From Chara braunii (taxonomy: Eukaryota > Plantae > Charophyceae): a DNA stretch of 64,000 nucleotides. The translations under genes were made by a program, and so were the position numbers. The stretch's first letter is position 1; every line of letters starts with the position of its first letter. The stretch covers positions 446,949 to 510,948 of the forward strand of contig BFEA01000016.1 in NCBI GenBank assembly GCA_003427395.1, in the 5' to 3' direction. The notes under the pieces were generated by a model. That model was given only the letters and a program-made list of their open reading frames with translations, was not told the origin of the DNA and made no database searches. Of the stretch, positions 39,274-52,156 are shown one piece after another.

Positions 39274-42200
39274 TCTCTATAACGAACATGACAAAACATG
39301 TACATAAAATCATCACAACCTTACTCTTCCCTAACCAGATCAGCAGATAAACTACGGTTTGCGCACTGCTGCCCTCACAGTGAGTCAATGGCCCAGGGCG
39401 TACCCTAATTCGTAGAACCTTTTGAAAATCATGTCAATCTCGGGGGTGTTTTTCCCATAAGCAAAAATGGGTAAGGTTCTTAGCGATCATCCTTCTTTTG
39501 GGTAGACTATTAGGACCTCGACCTCAATTTATTTATGATTCATAATATATTAACATGTTTGTTAGACCACCATTACCTTTCAGGCTGGAAAAAAAACCAT
39601 AAAAATAATTGATAAGGACATCGAGTTTGTGAATCCGAATTATACTTCTAGTGTTAATTGAAGACAATTTTTGTGGTAACCAACTTTTTATTTTCCAATT
39701 ATCGTTGTGTTTGACCAACCCATTACAACATGAAAAAAAAATGGTTAATTTCACCCATGCATGTTATATAGTAGATTAGACAGATTGATTGATAAATATA
39801 AATCGACCAATCGATAGACAGATAAATAGATAGATAAATTAATTGATTAATTAATTGATTAATAAATGCATAGATAGAGAGAGTAAGAGATAATATAAAA
39901 GATAAAATAAAGACATATAAAAAAGCAAAAAAAAACAATGAGGAACATACATTCTACGCAAAAAAGAAGTATATTTTTTTTACATCTGATATAAATTTTG
40001 TTTTTTCTCCCCGTTTTTATTTTTTTCTTTATTTTCTCTCCAAGTTTTTCCTCTCTTTATCTTTTTCAAATTGTTAAACAACACAACTGTAATTGTTAAT
40101 TTTCCCACATGCGGGGTTTGTTGCTCCCTCCAATATTAAATTATAAGAGGTTATAAAATGCTACGAACACATTATTTTGTTGCACAACCGTCTTGAATGA
40201 TCATCATTCGCAAAGTAATACTAAGCGTTTATTGTTATTGTGCACAAGCATTTGCACACTATATTTTGTTATCTCGCATATATGAGTTGAGTAAACCAAA
40301 TTTAATGATCAGTGACAAGAGGTGGTGCATAATGTTAATTATAATAAAATTCCAATATCAAAGATGGGATGGGAAGAGAACGGTAAGAAGAGCCTACATT
40401 ATGCCAAAGAGCAAGGATATATGTAGGTTCAGACCCATCAGCCCCTCCTTTAACGAACCATAAAAAACGGCAGGGAGAAGGGTGGCAAAAACTTTAAACC
40501 ATTTGTTATTTTTATTATCAAAGTCGATGCATTTTAATTTGAAGCCAATTGGGTTGTTGAAGGATCGAGTGCATGAGGCGAATAATTGGGTAACAACTAA
40601 AGGGAGAGGCGAGCTAATAGGAGCAGTCTTTGACATTAAGGAAATGTTTAGCCAACTCCCATATGACACGATATTAACACTCGTCGATTGGTTGATAGAC
40701 TGGTACAGACTGAAAGGGAAACAATGATTAACAATCATTGAAGGGGTAAGGGTGCTGCATTCGCACAAAAAACAGGTAACGATTTTTAGATGAAAATTAG
40801 CTTCGAGAAAATTAGAAAGATGGTTGCCTTTGAGTTGAGGAATACTTACTTAGTCGCATCAGGGAGGCTCATCCAGCAACAGGTCTAAATCCCAATGGGT
40901 AAGAGTAACAGCCCCCGTTGGCTTGTATCCTATGTGCTGCGAATGAATATTTTTTTTTATCAAGTATCGACACTGACAGGACCTTGGTAAAATGATGAAG
41001 GTTGATTGATGACGTCACCTTCCTCATTTGGTGCCCAATGAGGAGTGGCTCCGCACGACGGGAACAGGTAATGAGGAAATTTAGGAAGAAATACGACAAA
41101 AGACTGATCCTGAAACGAACAGATGAAGGCAAATGGACATGAGATTTCTTGGGCACGAGGGTGCAAATTTCAAGAAACCAAGTTTCATGCCAAAGCTTCC
41201 CCAAAAATTTCGAACAAGTTTGGAATTCGGAGAAGAGCCTCTCTTATCGTACTTTTCATGATTTTACTTACTTTCGACCCAGAGACAAAATAAGGCAGTG
41301 GTGACAAGCTCCTTACACAAAATTTGAACGATGATATCTTCTGACGAACTAGCAGGACTGTGTCTGTTGACAGTCAAAAGACAGTTGCGACTATAGAACT
41401 ACCCGCCGTGGATTTTCAACGATTGCCTAGGGAAATTCACCAGCAAGCATGCACAAGGGTGGAAAGGATGGGGTAAGAACCTTGGATGCAGGTAGCGAAA
41501 GACGTTGTATTTGTGTCCTATTAAAATGATGGGACAGAGGTATGGTCACGAAAGACCAGACAGTGGCAGCTGTTGAAGCTAATAGGACAGGGGTATGGTC
41601 ACCTTTTCAAACAATAGAAGAAAAGTATGGTCACTTTGTAGAGGCGAAAATAGGATAAGTAAACACAAACAGGGGTTGAGCTTACACCCCTTCATAGATC
41701 ACCAGGTAAAAAGCGTGTATTGCTCTGCTGAAAGACGACCTTGGGAGAAAAAGGAAATGTATCGTAGAATGGGTTCAAGGGTAGTAAGGGTTTGTTGTAT
41801 TGTCGTTTTTGTCCATCCATTTTTTGTTTTGGTTTTGATAGATCGAGGGTGGATTCCTAACTTTTTTGGTTTTCTTGGATTTTTTGGATTTCAGGGTGTC
41901 GTTATCTGTGGATTTCTGTAGATTTCGTATGATTTTTATCTCTCGCAGTCCACAGAGATTAAAACGTCATCGAGGGCGTGCAACTGGGAACGTGACGACC
42001 GTAGCTACGGAAGAAGGACCATACGCTTAGTAAAAAGCAGAACCGAGCAGTCAGACCTGCGAGGAGCGGGAAAACAGTCAGGCCTGCCAGGAGTAGCAGT
42101 CGATTGCTATGAGAAACGAGTGATACCGAGCCTCTCGGGAATCTGCCATCGTATCAACGGGTAGAAAACGACTAGGACGACTAGGAAAAATGAGACTTAG

Positions 42201-42333
42201 TGAAAGAGATGAGTCAGGTGCAGTCAAGAAACGGATGCTTCCGGTATAAGGAAAAAAGTAGACTGTAGGGGTAACATCAAATGAAACTTGACTATAAGTA
42301 GTGTTGTAGGTAAATCTTAAACATCTCGAAACG

Positions 42334-42379
42334 CCCCCTGAAGAGGTCGCTAACTGGTGGCGACCGAAACTAGTCGTGG
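42334..42379 (+). ncRNA. Minimal type I hammerhead ribozyme (copy 1, one stem I mismatch)
   Basis: CCCC-CTGAAGA-GGTCGC(taactggtg)GCGACC-GAAAC-TA-GTC^GTGG. Confidence 0.85.
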
Positions 42380-42713
42380 ATGCCAGCTCCTCCTCACTAT
42401 GACGGAGGTATCATAGCTAATGCTATGGAACGTGCTTCATTGTTGTATACTTTGATTTTTCGATATCATTTTTTCACATATATTTTGGCTGCGTAAGCGC
42501 GACTGTGTTGGGCATCTGTCGGTCTTGACTGACTCTGCTTTTTCTATCACTGAAGTATAAGCAGTGGCAACCTGCCGGAAAATCGCTTGTGCGTTGGTGG
42601 CCCTGCAGAGTAGCTTTCGACGAACCGTATGAGAGATCGACACCTATAACTCAAGTGACGAATCGTCGGAGAATCGACATCAGCAGTACCGTCGTCAGCG
42701 AAGTGTGACTGGC

Positions 42714-44215
42714 ATGGCTAGCAGAGGGGAGAACGGGAATGATGGTGTCATTAATGGAGGAGGAAATTGGAACGGTGGGGGTAATAACGAAGGGGGAGGA
42801 AATTGAGGTAAGTGGAGTGGAGGTAATAATGGGGGTGGAGGAGGGAACGACGGGTATTGGAATTGGTGGCAATAACGGTGGATGGAATAATGGTAACGGA
42901 TGGGGAAATGGTAACGGTGGAGGAGGAAACTGGGGAGGAGGCAACAACGGAGGGTTTGGTGGTGGAAACTAGAGCAGTGGTAACGGCGGGCACTGGAGCA
43001 ATGGGGACGGGGGCAATTGGAACAATAGTGGACGCGGCAACGTTGGGAGCATTGAAGGTAATGGAGGAGATTGGAGAAGATCAACACGATGCTACAACTG
43101 TAATTAGTACGGTCATATCGTTTGAGAAGGTAACGCACCACGGCAACACAATGGAGGTGGGAACTGGAATGGAAACGGGGGCAGTGGGAGTTGGAATGGA
43201 AATGGGAGTGGCAACACCCATGGAAATGACGAAGGAGGACGACAAGGCAATGACGGCGCAAGTAACTCGTCCTCTGTTGGCTGAGTTAACGCGGTCGGAA
43301 TCAGCATTGATCTACAAGAATCACTCAAGGCGGTAGCGCTGTTTTCACAACGACAAATTGAGATGGAAGAGTGACGAGAGACGGAAAGAAGGGAAGCCGA
43401 AGAGAGACAGAAACAATGAGAGGAAGAACAAAGTGCAAGAGAGGAGAAGAATCGAATAGAGATGGCGAAAAAGAAAGCAAAGGAGAAAAAGAAAGCAGAT
43501 CGTGAGTGGAAGCTGCAAATTCTGTTAGCAAAGCAAAATAAGGTATTAAGAGAGGAGTTTGAGAAGATGTTCAACTAAAAGTTGAGGAAAGTCGCAATGT
43601 CGGAAAAGGCTGCGAAAGGGAAAACACCGGTTTCATCAAGCTCGAAGGACGACGAAGAAGAAGACCCCCCCAGAGGATCGTTTAGAGAAGCGCAAAAGGC
43701 AACCAACGGTCGTCAGACAAGCTAGCCCGCCGAGAGAATCGCCTGCAAAAGTGGGTAGAGCTTCCACGTCGGCACCTCTGACTACCCCGGGGCAGCCAGG
43801 TGAATCTCCTCGATTAAGAGTCCCCCATCGGCAAGCCCGGAGGGATGACGAACAACTAGGATACCCCTATCATGAGTCTAGCCTGTGGGAGGGGGCGCCT
43901 GTTTCTAATGACTATCGTATGACAAATGCGTTTCGGAAAGCCGTCCGGAAGTTTCTGGGGAAGAAACTAGTTGCAACTATCCAGGAGATGTGCAGAGAAG
44001 CAAAGGTTGTCTATAGAGGTAGACCGGATGTTGTGGATGAACTAATTGAGTTAAGGGTGATATACTTAGTACCGAACCAAACCAACAACCGCCACTCATC
44101 ACAACCCCAACTCAAAGGCGGCGTGGGGGTGGGGGTGGGGGTAGGATTGTCATCAGGGATCTACACGAAACACAACACGAAGCACGGGGGTCACCAATGC
44201 CGGATCAAGAAATGA
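42714..44215 (+). pseudogene. PLE ORF1, gag-like: Gly/Asn/Trp-rich region, CCHC knuckle, coiled coil, SAP-like helix pair
   Basis: ATG at 42714, GGNWNGG repeats, RCYNCN*YGHIV*EG at ~43087-43132, an E/K/R-rich helix, then KKLVATIQEMCREAKVVYRGRPDVVDELIELR. Multiple stops. Confidence 0.7.
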
Positions 44216-47192
44216 ACCTAGGGAGTTTTGACTAGCCGGGGGAGTGATATCTGGAAGAATTTGAGGAATTGTTTCGAGCTTCGGAAGACATTAATTAGCG
44301 AGACCACCGTAGGGATTTAGCAATTGAGATGAGTTTTGGAGAATGTGTTGAGGTACTTAATAGTGTTATTAGTACTTAATGATGAAGTACAATGGGTATG
44401 CAAGTACCTGGGTAATTGTTTGGATTTAATCGAGGATAAAGAGAAGGATTGGAAAAACCTGGAAGCATGTGTGTACGCCCTAATAGACCCAGATGTTAGA
44501 GCCACTTACATTGGTCAGACTGGTCGAAGCCTCCAGACGAGATGGAGCGAACACACTTACAGATCTCAACATGGGGAAGGAACGAGGAACTCAAAGTGGT
44601 ACAGTTGGCTAAGACATCATGGATCATCTGGTTATGTTGCTCTTCCTATCGCTTTCCCTCCAAAGGGCGATTTGGAGAGAGTGGAGAAGGTGTTTATCGA
44701 TAAATGGTGTCTGGACTTAAATGGGAAAGGAAGACAGAAGAAAAAAGGAAAAGGGAAGCGGAAGGGAAGGAAGGAGAGGAAAAGGTCAAGGACACACGAG
44801 GTCAGGAATGAGCGGCCAGTCACATTTGCTATAAATGGTAAAAAGTTTGTGGATTTGATCGAGACATGTAAAAAAGCATGGGAAGGGAAAAACCATTCAG
44901 ATCGGAAGGGGGGAAGTTATGGATTCAAAAGTGGGAGCAGATCGTTAAAGGGATTGGCAAAACAGTGGTTAGCGTGAAAGGGGAAGTGAAAACAGTTAGT
45001 GAACTAAAATCGAAGTTGGAAACAGGGGAGTTGTCGTAGTAGTGAGATGGCAGGGAATGACCTTAACTAAGGCAAATGTTGAGCGTAAACGTGAACTATA
45101 TCAAGTTATCCGGAACCCTTGGTATAAAAGAAACTGTATAACTATGACGTTGATAGGCTCATACAATTGGTGGCGGCAATAGACTTTTTTTTTAGGCAAA
45201 CAACACGGAAAAGACTGAAGGATGTGCTGGCAGGAATACTATGAAAGAAATTTCAGATTAACATCAGAAACAAAGTATGCGTTAGCGTGACTTAGGATTC
45301 TAAACTGTCCTTAAGGAAGTTAAGGGAAATAGTGTCGGGGAAAATCCGAGAGGAACTACCTCGTTCTTTTACTGATTACTAGTGTCGGAGACTCCTGATG
45401 GTTTGGAAACGGAATCAAACCGTTGGGGAAATACTCCATAACCATCGAACTGCTTCACACCAATTCGTGGAAGTCTGCTCCTGCGCAGACAGTGCTCTCC
45501 TGTGAAAGAAGGGTCACATGCAATGTATGCTCAACGAGGTAGAAGGGATAAATGAGTTTGCGCTGAATGCTCGTAACCTTGTGTATGAAGGTGGAGATGT
45601 GAAGAATAATAAAGTTGTGAGAGAAGTGAATGGCAGCCTAATAATTTTGGATTTACGTTCGATGGTAAGCATGTAGGAAATAAGTAACTGTGTTAATGAA
45701 AAAATAGTAGTACGAAGCGACTATCTGGAGAAGGTATTGGAGGTCAAAGAAATTTGTCAGGGACTGGTGTGCTGTGCAGTTGACAGAAACGCAGCTAACA
45801 CGGCGGTAATGTGCCCTATCGTGTACGTAAAAGGGATGAAAGCAGTGTTATAGGGAAATGACAATTTTACCGCAATATCAAAGAAGGAAGCGGAGGTACT
45901 AGTGTGTTGGGAAACATAATACAATTAGGAGGGCTTGGAAAGATCGGGAAGATGTGATGGGAAGCGAATGGTAGGAAGAACCTACATTATGCCAAAGAAC
46001 AAGGATATACGTAGGTTTAGACCCATCAGCCCCTCCTTTAATGAACCATAAAAAATGACAGGGAGAAGGGTGGCTAAAACTTTAAACCATTTGTTGTTTT
46101 TATTACCAAAGTCGATGCATTTTAATTTGAAATCAACTTGGCTATTTAAGGATCAAGTGCATGAGGCGAATAAGTGGGTAGCAACTAAAGGGAGAGGTGA
46201 GCTAATAGAGGCAGCCTTTGACATTAAGGAAATGTTTAGCCAACTCCCGCATGACATGATATTAACAGTCGTCGATTGGTTGATAGACAGGTACATACTG
46301 AAAGGGAGAACAATTGTTAACATTCGTAGAAGGGGTAAGGGTGCTGCATTCTAAAAAAAGACAGGTAACAGGTCGTTAAGCTGGGATTTTTGTACAGCTG
46401 AGGAATAAGAAGATGGTTGTCTTTGAGCTGAGGAATACTCTTTTCGAGAGAATTAAAAAGATGGTTGTCTTTGAGAATTGTTCGACAATTGTTAAGCTTC
46501 GAGAGAATTAAGAAGATGGTTGTCTTTGAGCTGAGGAATACTTACGTAGTCGCATCAGGGAGGCTCATCCAGCAACAGGTCCGAATCCCAATAGGTAAGA
46601 GTAGCAGCCCCCCATTGGCTTGTATCCTATGTGCTGCGAATGAATACTCTTTTCTATCAAGTCTCGACACTGACAAAACCTTGGTAAAAGGATGGCGGCT
46701 GATTGATGACGTCACTCTCCTCATTTAGTGCCCAATGAGGAATAGCTCCGCACGACGGGAACAGGTAATGAGGAAATTTGAGAAGACATACGACAAAAGA
46801 CTGATCCTGAAACGAACAGATGAAGGCAAAGGGACATGGGATTTCTTGGGCACGAGGGTGGAAATTTAAAAAAAACAAGTTTCATGCCAAAGCTTCCCCA
46901 AGAATTTCGAACAAGTCTGGAATTCGGAGAAGAACCTGTCTTATCATACTTTTCAGGATTTTGCTTCTTTTTTGACCCAGAGACAAAAAAAGGGAGTGGT
47001 GATAAGCGCCTGACACAGAATTCGAGCGATGACATTTTCAGACGAACTAGCAGGCTTAGGTCTGTTGACAGTCAAAAGTCAGTTGTGACTACGGAACTAC
47101 CCCCCGTGGATTTTCAACGATTGTCTGGGGAAATTCACTAGCAAGCATGCACCGGGGTGGGAAGGATGGTGTAAGAACCTTGGAGGCTGGTA
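44197..47192 (+). pseudogene. PLE ORF2: GIY-YIG endonuclease followed by reverse transcriptase and thumb
   Basis: CVYAL..TYIGQTGRSLQTRWSEH..E..LN, a basic NLS, LHNH..CSC..H, VDRN, YIMPK.KD..RFRPI, FDIKEMFSQLPH, IPIGKSSSPPLA, RLIDD, DFLG, RNYP. Disrupted by stops and frameshifts. Confidence 0.9.
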
Positions 47193-47958
47193 GCGAAAGA
47201 CGTTGTATTTGAGTCCTATTAAAATGATGGAACAGGGGTATGGTCACTAAAGAGCAGAAAGTGGCAGTTGTTGAAGCCAATAGGACAGGGGTATGGTCAC
47301 CTTTTCAAGCAATAGGAAAAAAGTATGGTCACTTTGTTGAGGCGAAGATAGGATAAGTAAACACCAACAGGGGTTGAGCATACACCCCTTCAGAGATCAC
47401 CAGGTAAAAAAACGCGTATTGCTCTGCTGAAAGCCGACCTTTGGAGAAAGAGGAAACGTATGGTAGAATGGGTTCTGGGGTAGTAAGGGTTTGCTGTATT
47501 ATCGTTTTTGTCCATGCATTTTTTGTTTTGGTTTCGATAGATTGATGGTGGATTCCTATTTTTTTTGGTTTTCTTGGATTTCTTGGATTTCAAGGTGTCG
47601 TTATCTGTGGATTTTTGTACATTTCATAGGGTTTTTATCTCCCACAGTACCCAGAGATTAAAACGTCCTCGAGGGCGTGCAGCTGGGAACGTGACGCCCG
47701 TAGCTGCGGAAGAAGTACTAGACACTTAGTAAAAAGTGGAACTGAGTTGAGGTAAAATAGCAAGAAAACAGTCAGACCTGTCAGGAGCGGGGAAACAGTC
47801 AGGCCTGCCAGTAGTAGCAGTCGATTGCTATGAGAAATGAGTGATACCGAGCCTCTCAAAAATTTGTTATCGTATCAACATGTAGAAAACGACCAGTGAC
47901 ATCAGATGAAACTTGACTATAAGTAGTGTTGTACGTAAACCTTAAACATCTCGAAATG

Positions 47959-48004
47959 CCCCCTGATGAGGTCGCTAACTGGCGGCGACCGAAACTAGTC
48001 GGGG
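47959..48004 (+). ncRNA. Minimal type I hammerhead ribozyme (copy 2, intact)
   Basis: CCCC-CTGATGA-GGTCGC(taactggcg)GCGACC-GAAAC-TA-GTC^GGGG, with palindromic stem III ACTAGT. Confidence 0.92.
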
Positions 48005-49543
48005 ATGCCAGCTCCTCCTCACTATGACGGAGGTGCCATAGCTAATGCTATGGAACTTGCTTCATTGTTGTATACTTGGATTTTTCGAGATCATTTTTTC
48101 ACATATATTTTGGCTGCGTAAGCGCGACTATGTGTTGGACATCTGTTGGTCTAGACTGACTCTGCTTTTTCTATCACTCAATATCAAGACCGTTTGCTAA
48201 CATCGACAATACAATATGCGAGCTTTATTCTGCACATAGTGCGGTATTTGACCCATAGAAAGGTTGAGAACAATATTTGTTATCATGATGATTCGTGTAC
48301 GTGACGTTGGTTGGTTTTTGACACTTTTTCAATTCAATAATTTGAAATTTTTATATATGTTTAATTGGTAGACAACCTAGACTGCCAATTGGGCCATCCG
48401 TGATAACTCATTTGCCAAGGCGGCCTGACCAAGCAAGAACCAAATAAGGTCCTAAAAAAAAAAAAAGTTAACCAGAAAAATACCTGTATAATTTTTGCCA
48501 TAGGGTCACATTAATTTTTGTTACTAAATGTAAAATATAAAAAAAAAAATATATATATATTATTTTTCCGACTGGGTTAGTGGTCTCAAACCACTTTGGT
48601 AGCCTAGTTTATGACTTTATCTATATTATATAAGTATTTGTTTTTTAAATTTAATTATCCCAAGTTGATATCTTTATTTGATTAACGTGGAATTATTATT
48701 TTGATCATATATTTTATAATTAATAATCAATTTCAGTCGAAAAATCATTCAAAGAACAATTTGAAGGATTATCCAACGATATTTTATTTTCAGAAGTATA
48801 TTTTATAATAAATAATAATTTTTTATTACAAATTCTTACATTCCTTTCATAACGACCTTCAACTGCGCCAATAAACTTTTATTACGTAATAAGCAATTTG
48901 ATTCGAGGACTTTTTTTTTTTTTTCTTTTTTTTTTTTTACATGAACAACCCAAAACGAAGCTAGAGGTGTTGATAAGAGCAGTCACCTCCAACACTCACA
49001 AGGAGGCTTCATCTATTGGTGGGGAGCATCTATTCGAAATCGAGTTCAACGTCCATGAACATTGTGGCTGATTGTTTGAGTTGACTTGCGACTGTAATGA
49101 CAACTCGCTACAAAATCCATTTACAAATAAGGATTATGATAGACATGATAACATTGCAGCCTATGTTGGCTGTCCAGAAGTAATAGTTTCCCTGACTCAT
49201 AGTTGTTACTAAGATGCGTGGATGAAGTTTGTTAATTGTAAGTGGTTCTGCATATCCCCATTCAACCAACTCATATGTTCGTATTGCTCCTCTGATGAGG
49301 CGGGGTACTATTACCTATGATTGACCATTTGTTCAAGCCGACAAGCAAACCACCCGTTCCCCTATCCCCACTCTTTGGAACACGCTTCAATAATATGTGT
49401 GTTATGTTGGCAGCGTTATGAGTCGTTATTTCCGTGTCCTCTCTGGCTGTAGCGGACCTTCATCTGCCCTGGCTTACAGCCAGGGCCNATATGTGTGTTA
49501 TGTTGGCAGCGTTATGAGTCGTTATTTCCGTGTCCTCTCTGGC

Positions 49544-49887
49544 TGTAGCGGACCTTCATCTGCCCTGGCTTACAGCCAGGGCCTATTTGGCTATTTGCCA
49601 GTTCGGCCTGTGGGACCAGGCCGTGGCCTGACCCCACAGGCCGTGTGATGTTCCAGTCCTGCCCGGTACCACTGTCGGTACCAGGCCAGTCCAGTCAGTC
49701 AGGCCGCTGGGGGTATACCCCAGCTGTAGTCTGTTTTTGATTCATTCCTCATTTGCACAGGTTGGAGTACGTGCGTGTTGAGTCTGCGTTGGAGCTGCGC
49801 TGTCCCTTCCATCTCCATCTCCATCTCCCCCATCCTCATCCCTTCGTCTTGATTCTGACGGACCGTCATCCCGGTGGGTCCGTCACA
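49544..49887 (+). repeat. 5' LTR (344 bp)
   Basis: TGTAGCGG...CCGTCACA termini, followed after one base by the PBS. Confidence 0.8.
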
Positions 49888-49888
49888 C

Positions 49889-49900
49889 TGGTATCAGAGC
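49889..49900 (+). promoter_or_regulatory. Primer-binding site, tRNA-iMet
   Basis: TGGTATCAGAGC. Confidence 0.92.
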
Positions 49901-49960
49901 AGGCTTTCCTCCCTGCTCCTTTCCCCTACCCACCCCACCTATCAGTTGCCACGCGGTTTG

Positions 49961-50005
<45 letters not shown>

Positions 50006-52156
50006 GCTCGCCACTTTTCTTTGGTAATGACACCGGTGCACTCTTTCGATTGTAACTTCTGCACCGGTGGTCCACATTCACTGCTTTTTAGCTTGTTGGA
50101 AAGCTCTCGACGAGCCGCTTCCAACAAGCTATAGATCGCCTAATTCTGTGCGGTGGTTGAGGAGCTACAATCTTTCAAAGATCGCAATGTTTTTAAAAGC
50201 TCAAAAAAAAAACACCCGCGCTCGTTTTTTCAACGAGCGCTATTACTCTAGGCAGTAGCTGGTGCTGTGCCTTATGTCGTTGGAAGCGACTTTCAAAAAG
50301 ATTTCCAACAAGACCTCTTTTGCCAAATTTCACCCAGCGGGTGAAAAGTTATTGACAAAAGAGTTTTTGCCCTCTACATCTCCTCTCCTGACCCGTGGCC
50401 ATCTCCAAAAGTGCCACGTGGCAGTTTGCTGAGGATTGTTTTTGAAGACTCCCCTGGCTAGGGGGCTGCACTACAGTGGAACTGGGTGGCTGATCAAGAT
50501 CTCATCCAACCCCAGATAATGCAGTGGAACTGGGTGGCTGATCAAGATCTCATCCAACCCCAGATAATGTGCAGCAACAGTTCATCACCACCTTGAAGAC
50601 CCCTTCTTCCAAGGGGTGTGTGAAGGCCAAGATCTTGTGGATCTTGGTGAAGTTGTATGCTCTTGGTTACCCAAGAGTTAGGTATCACCTCTCTCATTCC
50701 TAATCCACTCTCCCACTCCCTTTTCCCTCTCTCCCCTTCATCATCTGACCTTCTTTTTCTCTCACCACCACTTATCCATCACCTTTTCTCACTCCTCTCT
50801 CCACTTTTCTCATTTCTCTCCTCTTCTCCCCACTAATCTCTCATCCCCTTCACTCTTTCTCCATCCACTACTATATTTTTACTCTCTCCTCTCCCAACCT
50901 CACTCTCCTTGCTTCTTTTCCTACTTCTCTCCTCTCCTTCCCCTTAATCTCTCATACCCTTCCCTCTTCACTCATCTCCCACCATCTTTTTCTCTCCTCT
51001 CTTCCCACTCACCTTCTTTTGCTAATCTCTCAATCATTTCTTCACCTTTTCCATAACTTTCTCTCTCATTCTCTCACCCTCCTCTCCTCCTTTCTTCCCC
51101 CAACTACAACCCCATCATCTCCCTCACCTACCACTTCAATCTTTTCTCTTTCCCACCTATTTCTCTTTTTTTCATCACTTTTTCATCCCCCNCCCCCCCC
51201 CCTTCNNCNNTTTCTGTTTTTCTTCTTTTCTCTTTCTTTTTGATGAAAATTTTTTCTTTTCCTCCAAAAATCTGAATCATTTTATTCCCTACCTTTTTTC
51301 TTATTTTCTAATTTTTTTAAAAATTTTATTTATTCTGAAAATTCGAAATTTTCTGCGGCACCTCTATATTTTGCTAGGACTTAGTCTTTCTTTGTTGTCG
51401 GCGCACATTTTGACCTCTTGGGGGTAGCGAAGCGCTGGCCAAATTTTTCCATTCTACTAAGTCCTTTTTCTTGATGGCACACTTCGACCCCATGAGGGGT
51501 AACGAAATGCTGCCGAAATTTTTGAAAAATTCCAAAACTTAGTTTCTCTTCATCCTCTTCCACCTCCTTATTTAATTTATTTATTTACTCATTTATTTTA
51601 GAGAAAATTTTAATTTGCGGCATTTTGAAAGTTAGTGTGTCCCTCTTGCACTTTCCTTCCTCTTGGCACATTTTTGACCTCATGCAGGGTGGAAAAATGC
51701 TGCCGAAAATTCCAAAAAAATAAATATTATTTCTCTCCTCAATCTTTACATTTTATTTATTTATTTTTATTCTTTTATTTTATTTTTATCTCGAAATTTT
51801 ATTGTTTATTCTATTTTATCTCCTCCTCCCCTCCATATTATCTTTTTTTCTTGATTAGGTCGCCGCTACCCTCCCCTAACCACCTAAACTCCGGTTAGGG
51901 TTTTCTTAGGGGTTTTCTAGGGTTTCGGGTTCTTCGAACCCCCCTACTCTCCCGCCTCCTCCCGTCGGGCACCCTGGACCCGAACGGCTCCTCCCCCTTC
52001 GAGCGGTTTGGCGCGTTCTTCTCACGTGCGACCCGCCAAATCCGGGGTGAGCCGACTCACACATACTCACTCCGCTCCCACGGTCCCCTTCCTCTTACCG
52101 GCAGGCCCCTCTCCCCACACACCCCCGTGAGCCCTACCTCCCTTTCCCTTCCGACC

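Larger units (their letters stand above)
40362..48178 (+). mobile_element. Penelope-like retroelement (N-terminal GIY-YIG, Naiad/Chlamys-type), 5'-truncated copy plus full copy in tandem
   Basis: 40361-42551 repeats 45949-48178. Flanked by CAATATCAA at 40353-40361 and 48179-48187. Carries GIY-YIG, RT and hammerhead motifs. Confidence 0.9.

Noticed and set aside
49290-49320. CTGATGAG as a third hammerhead
   Set aside because: No stem II or GAAA follows.
49388-49585. 96-bp tandem duplication at the LTR start
   Set aside because: Identical copies joined at a single N, typical of contig-overlap artefacts.
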